Shown in pieces: positions 27,644-32,000 of a DNA stretch of 32,000 nt (its first letter is position 1; every line of letters starts with the position of its first letter). A program made the position numbers and the translations under genes. The DNA comes from an uncultured archaeon (GTDB lineage Archaea; Asgardarchaeota; Thorarchaeia; Thorarchaeales; Thorarchaeaceae), in assembly GCA_964648855.1 (NCBI GenBank), contig CAZYLT010000005.1, positions 120,001-152,000 of the forward strand, given 5' to 3'. The notes beneath the pieces are model-generated. The model saw nothing but the letters and a program-made list of their open reading frames with translations, ran no database searches and was not told where the DNA came from.

Positions 27644-27754
27644 TATGTAACACCCTTGATGTCTAAGATGCATTTCATGCTTGGTCTATATTAAGTGAAC
27701 GAGATATGCAAAGAAGAATGATTGACTCCATTCCCGAATAGAAAACAACTGTGT

Positions 27755-27771
27755 CGAAAGGTTTTTTTAAA
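27755..27771 (+). promoter_or_regulatory. Putative BRE/TATA promoter of the grpE-dnaK-dnaJ operon
   Basis: CGAAAG followed by GTTTTTTTAAA; implies a TSS near 27793-27796 and a ~110-nt leader. Confidence 0.55.
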
Positions 27772-27802
27772 TTCTTCAAATTCACGAATACGAGTCACTG
27801 AG

Positions 27803-27829
27803 GGTCACCAAATAACAACAACCGTGACC
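27803..27829. repeat. Inverted repeat GGTCAC-N15-GTGACC upstream of grpE
   Basis: Perfect 6-bp arms at 27803-27808 and 27824-27829 around an A/C-rich spacer. Confidence 0.6.
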
Positions 27830-27905
27830 TAACCGAGAACACACTTCGGACGCTTCTATACGTGCTACAGATTGGTCATCTACCCGAAGGTAGCGTGGGA
27901 AAGAC

Positions 27906-28514
27906 ATGTCGAAAAACAAGGACGATAATCAGGATTCAGAAGAAATCTCTACGGATTTTGAGAATGAATCTGAAGTCATAGAATTGACGCCAGAGAATGA
28001 GATAGAAAACAGGCTTGAAAACGCGCTAAAGCGTTCTGAAGATCTCTTTGACAAGCTGCAGCGTCTACAAGCAGACTATGACAATTATAGAAAAAGAATG
28101 ACGGAACGGTTTGAAGAGGTAAACAGATTTGCCTCTGAGGGAATTGTTCTGCGTTTGCTTGATGTATATGACAATCTTGAACGGGCAATGCAGGTAGACT
28201 TTAGTGCAAACCCTGAGTCAGCTAAAGATGGTGTGAAGGCCATTTACAAGCAGCTGGACAAGCTACTACAAAAGGAAGAAGTTAGGCCAATTGATTCAAT
28301 TGGAAAGGAATTTGACCCCTATTACCAACACGCTATAAGTTCTACACATGATCCGGAGAAGCCCGATAATCAAGTGGTGGAAGAGCTCCAGAAGGGCTAT
28401 ATGATTAGAGAAAAGGTCCTTCGACCAGCGCTAGTTGTTGTTAATAGGTATCAGGACCTTTCGAATGATGACGATACAGACGAAAATAATTCAGAAGAAG
28501 AAGATGGTGAATAA
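27906..28514 (+). CDS. grpE: Nucleotide exchange factor GrpE
   Basis: [49 protein letters not shown]; first gene of the operon. Confidence 0.96.
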   Translation: MSKNKDDNQDSEEISTDFENESEVIELTPENEIENRLENALKRSEDLFDKLQRLQADYDNYRKRMTERFEEVNRFASEGIVLRLLDVYDNLERAMQVDFSANPESAKDGVKAIYKQLDKLLQKEEVRPIDSIGKEFDPYYQHAISSTHDPEKPDNQVVEELQKGYMIREKVLRPALVVVNRYQDLSNDDDTDENNSEEEDGE

Positions 28515-28516
28515 TA

Positions 28517-30403
28517 ATGAGCAAAGTTGTTGGCATAGATTTGGGAACGACAAATAGCGGCATAGCCTACATGGAAGGTGGACAACCCACTATCATTCCA
28601 AATGCAGAGGGAAGGAGACTAACGCCTTCTGTCGTGGGCATTACGCAAAAAGGAGAAATCGTTGTGGGCGAACTCGCAAAACGACAGGCAGTTTCCATGC
28701 CAGATCGTACCATTCGCTCCATCAAGAGAAAGATGGGTCAAGACTACTCTGTGAAAATCGATGATAAGGAATACACACCCCAAGAAATCTCTGCAATGAT
28801 TCTAACAAAGCTCAAGAATGACGCGGAGGCATTTCTTGGAGAGGAAATAAAGCAGGCAGTCATTACGGTTCCCGCTTATTTCAATGATAGTCAACGACAA
28901 GCCACAAAGGACGCGGGCAAAATAGCGGGTCTACAGGTTCTAAGAATTGTCAATGAACCCACAGCGTCAACACTAGCCTATGGTCTGGATAAAGGTGAAG
29001 AACTCAAGGTACTCGTCTATGACCTCGGTGGCGGAACTTTCGACGTTTCCATTCTTGATATTGGAGAGGAGGTTTATGAAGTTCTTTCCACAAGCGGCAA
29101 TACTCAGCTTGGCGGCGATGATTGGGACCAGCGGATTATTGACTGGGTTGTAGGACAATTTGAAGAGGAAACTGGCATAGATATTACGAAGGACCTTTCG
29201 GCTATGCAACGAATCCGAGACGCCGCAGAACAAGCGAAAATTGAGCTCTCAACAGTCAAGGAAACAAACATCAATCTGCCATATATTACAGCTGATGAAT
29301 CAGGTCCCAAGAATGTCGATTTAGACCTAACCCGATCCAAATTTGAGCAAATGACAGAGGACCTTGTACAATCTACAATAGGGCCAATCAGGCAAGCTTT
29401 GAGCGATGCAAAAATGGAGGCTGAAGATGTGGATAAGATTCTCCTTGTAGGTGGCGCAACTCGAATGCCCATGGTGCAGGACACTGTCAGAGCTATTTTT
29501 GGTCAAGAAGGTGATAAAAGCATAAACCCTGACGAATGCGTTGCTCTTGGTGCCGGAGTTCAGGCGGGAGTCTTGTCCGGTGAAACAAAGGACATTCTGT
29601 TACTCGACGTGACTCCTCTAACTCTAGGAATCGAAACCTTGCATGGTGCCGTTACTCCTCTGATAGAACGCAATACTACTATTCCTACAAGAAAGAGTAA
29701 GGTGTTTACAACTGCTGCTGATAATCAGACAGCGGTGGAGATTCATGTTGTTCAAGGCGAGAGGCCAATGGCTAAGCAGAATACCACTTTGGGCAGGTTC
29801 CAACTGGTTGGTATCCCGCCAGCACCAAGAGGGGTTCCTCAAGTAGAGGTCACTTTCGATATCAATGCAGATGGAATTGTGAATGTTACTGCCAAAGACA
29901 AGGCAACAGGCAATGAGCAATCAATCACTATCACGGCTACTACTAATCTCACTGATGAAGATGTTGAGCGGATGGTGAAAGAAGCAGAAGAATATGCTGA
30001 AGAGGATGAAAAGCGAAAAACCCAGATTGAAATGAAGAATAAAGCCGATGGGATGATATACCAAGGCGAGAAGCTGCTACGAGACTTGGGCGATAAGGTT
30101 CCCGACGACCTGAAGAAGGAATTAGAAACCAAATCCAAAGCCCTGCAGAAAACACTTGATGAGGAAGACTTTGAGAAAATGGAGTCGGCAACTGAAGAAC
30201 TCCAGCAAGTCATCTTCAAAATTTCTGAGAAAGTGTATGGCTCTCAAGGAGCTCAGCAAGGCGGTTTCGATCCAAGTCAGATGGGATTCGACCCCTCTCA
30301 GATGGGTGCAACCGGTGCAGCGGGTCAAGGAGATCAGAGTCAGCCAAAGAAAGAGCCGGACGACGAAGATGTCGTTGATGTTGACTTCGAAGACCTTGAT
30401 TAA
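28517..30403 (+). CDS. dnaK: Molecular chaperone DnaK (Hsp70), archaeal/Gram-positive type
   Basis: [46 protein letters not shown]; lacks the ~23-aa insert of proteobacterial and eukaryotic Hsp70s ([20 protein letters not shown]). Confidence 0.98.
   Translation: MSKVVGIDLGTTNSGIAYMEGGQPTIIPNAEGRRLTPSVVGITQKGEIVVGELAKRQAVSMPDRTIRSIKRKMGQDYSVKIDDKEYTPQEISAMILTKLKNDAEAFLGEEIKQAVITVPAYFNDSQRQATKDAGKIAGLQVLRIVNEPTASTLAYGLDKGEELKVLVYDLGGGTFDVSILDIGEEVYEVLSTSGNTQLGGDDWDQRIIDWVVGQFEEETGIDITKDLSAMQRIRDAAEQAKIELSTVKETNINLPYITADESGPKNVDLDLTRSKFEQMTEDLVQSTIGPIRQALSDAKMEAEDVDKILLVGGATRMPMVQDTVRAIFGQEGDKSINPDECVALGAGVQAGVLSGETKDILLLDVTPLTLGIETLHGAVTPLIERNTTIPTRKSKVFTTAADNQTAVEIHVVQGERPMAKQNTTLGRFQLVGIPPAPRGVPQVEVTFDINADGIVNVTAKDKATGNEQSITITATTNLTDEDVERMVKEAEEYAEEDEKRKTQIEMKNKADGMIYQGEKLLRDLGDKVPDDLKKELETKSKALQKTLDEEDFEKMESATEELQQVIFKISEKVYGSQGAQQGGFDPSQMGFDPSQMGATGAAGQGDQSQPKKEPDDEDVVDVDFEDLD
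30263..30304 (+). repeat. Degenerate 21-nt tandem repeat encoding GFDPSQM x2 in the DnaK tail
   Basis: GGTTTCGATCCAAGTCAGATG / GGATTCGACCCCTCTCAGATG: identical peptide, synonymous differences. Confidence 0.8.
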
Positions 30404-30414
30404 GCAGCTGAAGG

Positions 30415-31464
30415 GTGAATCTTTTGGCTGAAGACGACTACTATGACATTCTTGGAGTCAATAAGAGTGCTTCACAGGATGAAATCAAGAGGGCGTATCG
30501 GAAGTTAGCCAAGAAGTATCACCCAGATAGAAACCCAGAAAAAGCAGCTGAAGAGCAGCTGAAGAAAATCAATGAGGCATATGATGTCCTAAGCGACCCC
30601 GAAAAGCGAGCTACCTATGACAGATATGGAACTGCGGACTTCGAGGGAATAAACATGAATGGATTCGGGTCCATCTTTGATGAGATATTCAAAGGATTTG
30701 GCGGTTTTGGAGGCTTTGGTTCTGGATTCCAGCAAAGAAGTGGACCCAAACGTGGGGCGAATCTGAGGATCTCGATTAATCTCTCCTTTGACGAGGCCTT
30801 CTTTGGAACGGAGAAAGAGATTGCCTTTGAGAGGAAGGTCGCTTGTAAGACCTGCAAAGGTAGCGGTGCTGCTCCAGGGACGTCCCCAGTTCGTTGTAAG
30901 ACTTGTGGGGGAAGAGGACAGGTAATGCGTTCAATGGGTGGATTCATGACTGTATCCCAGACCTGTCCGCGCTGTCAAGGGCTTGGTGAAGTCATAGAAA
31001 ATCCCTGCAAAGAATGCAAAGGTTCTGGGCTTCAAACTGAGAGGTTGGAAGTAGAAATCCCAATACCTGCAGGTATAGAGGATGGTATGGGACAGCGGAT
31101 TCGTGGACATGGAAATGCAGGACCAAGGGGCGGGCCTCATGGTGATCTCATAGTGATGTTCAATGTTGAACCTCACGATAAGTTTGTGAGACGGGGACTT
31201 CATGTGTATCTTGAAGAGAGTATTCCGTTCTCAGTTGCTGTTCTCGGTGGTGAAGTGGAGGTTCCAACGATGCGTGGGATGTCTAAGATGAAGATAAAGG
31301 CTGGTACCGAGGGTGGGACCGTGCTTCGAATGAAGGAAAAGGGAGTTCACGCCGATGATGGCCGGAAAGGAGACCAGCTTGTGCGTGTCAATATACACAT
31401 ACCTGAGAAACTCTCAAAGGAACAGAAAGAATACCTAGCTGAATTCGGGGAAGTCTTTGGTTAG
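30415..31464 (+). CDS. dnaJ: Molecular chaperone DnaJ (class A)
   Basis: J domain with HPD, G/F-rich linker, four CxxCxGxG motifs, C-terminal domain (GDQLVRV). Start may be TTG 30424. Confidence 0.97.
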   Translation: MNLLAEDDYYDILGVNKSASQDEIKRAYRKLAKKYHPDRNPEKAAEEQLKKINEAYDVLSDPEKRATYDRYGTADFEGINMNGFGSIFDEIFKGFGGFGGFGSGFQQRSGPKRGANLRISINLSFDEAFFGTEKEIAFERKVACKTCKGSGAAPGTSPVRCKTCGGRGQVMRSMGGFMTVSQTCPRCQGLGEVIENPCKECKGSGLQTERLEVEIPIPAGIEDGMGQRIRGHGNAGPRGGPHGDLIVMFNVEPHDKFVRRGLHVYLEESIPFSVAVLGGEVEVPTMRGMSKMKIKAGTEGGTVLRMKEKGVHADDGRKGDQLVRVNIHIPEKLSKEQKEYLAEFGEVFG

Positions 31465-32000
31465 AAATCCAGCGGTTTTGCTATACAGCCTCTCATTTTA
31501 AGTTCTGGAAATTTGTTTGTGTTAGCCGGCTGTACAACCCAGGCTGTATCTGCGCCTCGTCCTGTTCCTGCTATGGCCACTATATTTTTGTCGACGGGAA
31601 CAAGTCCGGCATCTGCAGCCATCAGTGCTATCTCTGCGCAGACCTTTGTACCTTGACCGAATGTTCGATACACCACCGCAAAAAACTCGGCTGTTGTCCA
31701 TGTACCAAATTGTTTCCTGATGCCTCTATCTACACCTGCGAATGCATGTGTGCACGTGAGAACCGAAGCTCCGTTATTCTCTATCTCCTTTCTTATTGAC
31801 TCCTGCATTTCATTTTCATTATCCATTACAAAACCTGTCTGATGTGAAACGACGATGCACTTGTGATTGTTGTATCTCCTTGAAGCTGCCAAACCCGTAT
31901 CGCCTTGAGTGCTCGCAACCACAACATGTTGAATATCTGGATTCGCACCCAGAAACTTCTCAACAACATCGAGCGTTCTTTCGGTATGGTCGGATGAAGC
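31461..32000 (-). CDS. Stand-alone pyruvate kinase C-terminal-like (PK_C, MTH1675/COG1751-type) protein, 5'-truncated by window edge
   Basis: Frame is open from 32000 ([36 protein letters not shown]...); motifs VVASTxGx[39 protein letters not shown]. Confidence 0.88.
   Translation of the reverse strand, partial: ASSDHTERTLDVVEKFLGANPDIQHVVVASTQGDTGLAASRRYNNHKCIVVSHQTGFVMDNENEMQESIRKEIENNGASVLTCTHAFAGVDRGIRKQFGTWTTAEFFAVVYRTFGQGTKVCAEIALMAADAGLVPVDKNIVAIAGTGRGADTAWVVQPANTNKFPELKMRGCIAKPLDF

Noticed and set aside
27674-27905. CIRCE element or hrcA before grpE
   Set aside because: No TTAGCACTC-N9-GAGTGCTAA found and no room for an hrcA gene.
28973-30431. Several 68-126 aa ORFs antisense to or out of frame within dnaK
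   Set aside because: Typical shadow ORFs of a conserved gene; no RBS or protein-like features.
1-32000. Selenocysteine or pyrrolysine read-through, prompted by the many TAG stops
   Set aside because: Recognisable proteins end at their expected family C-termini and several stops interlock with convergent genes; no broken reading frame needs recoding.
1-32000. CRISPR array, tRNA/rRNA, transposase, integrase or prophage genes
   Set aside because: No regularly spaced repeats, cloverleaf-like sequence or mobile-element motifs seen; intergenic gaps are short (maximum 441 nt). A covariance-model scan was not possible.

Overview
Gene-dense archaeal chromosomal segment, most consistent with an Asgard archaeon and probably Thorarchaeia. 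This is an inference from a TPR-longin fusion, an archaeal/eukaryotic GTPBP1/2-type GTPase, TATA-type promoters, GGTGA/GGAGG ribosome-binding sites and frequent TAG stops. Left end: a hypothetical protein, the GTPBP1/2-family translational GTPase and the TPR+longin protein. Middle (about 5.8-23 kb): a proteolysis-rich block with tldD, pmbA/tldE and three differently built, membrane-anchored secreted S8 subtilases, interleaved with a Cys-less flavin oxidoreductase, a small PC4/Whirly-like protein and a TM/coiled-coil protein. Right end: nitroreductase, glyoxylate reductase, wHTH regulator, CitG-family protein, sirtuin, grpE-dnaK-dnaJ and a partial PK_C-domain protein. Best candidates for novelty: (i) the subtilase at 13156-16095, which appears to have the full domain order and motif similarity of eukaryotic Site-1 protease (MBTPS1/SKI-1); (ii) a structured grpE leader resembling an RNA thermometer; (iii) a giant, sequon-rich, codon-biased subtilase that may be a major envelope protein. 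No rRNA, tRNA, CRISPR array or mobile element was recognised. All family calls come from reading motifs by eye; no database searches were run.
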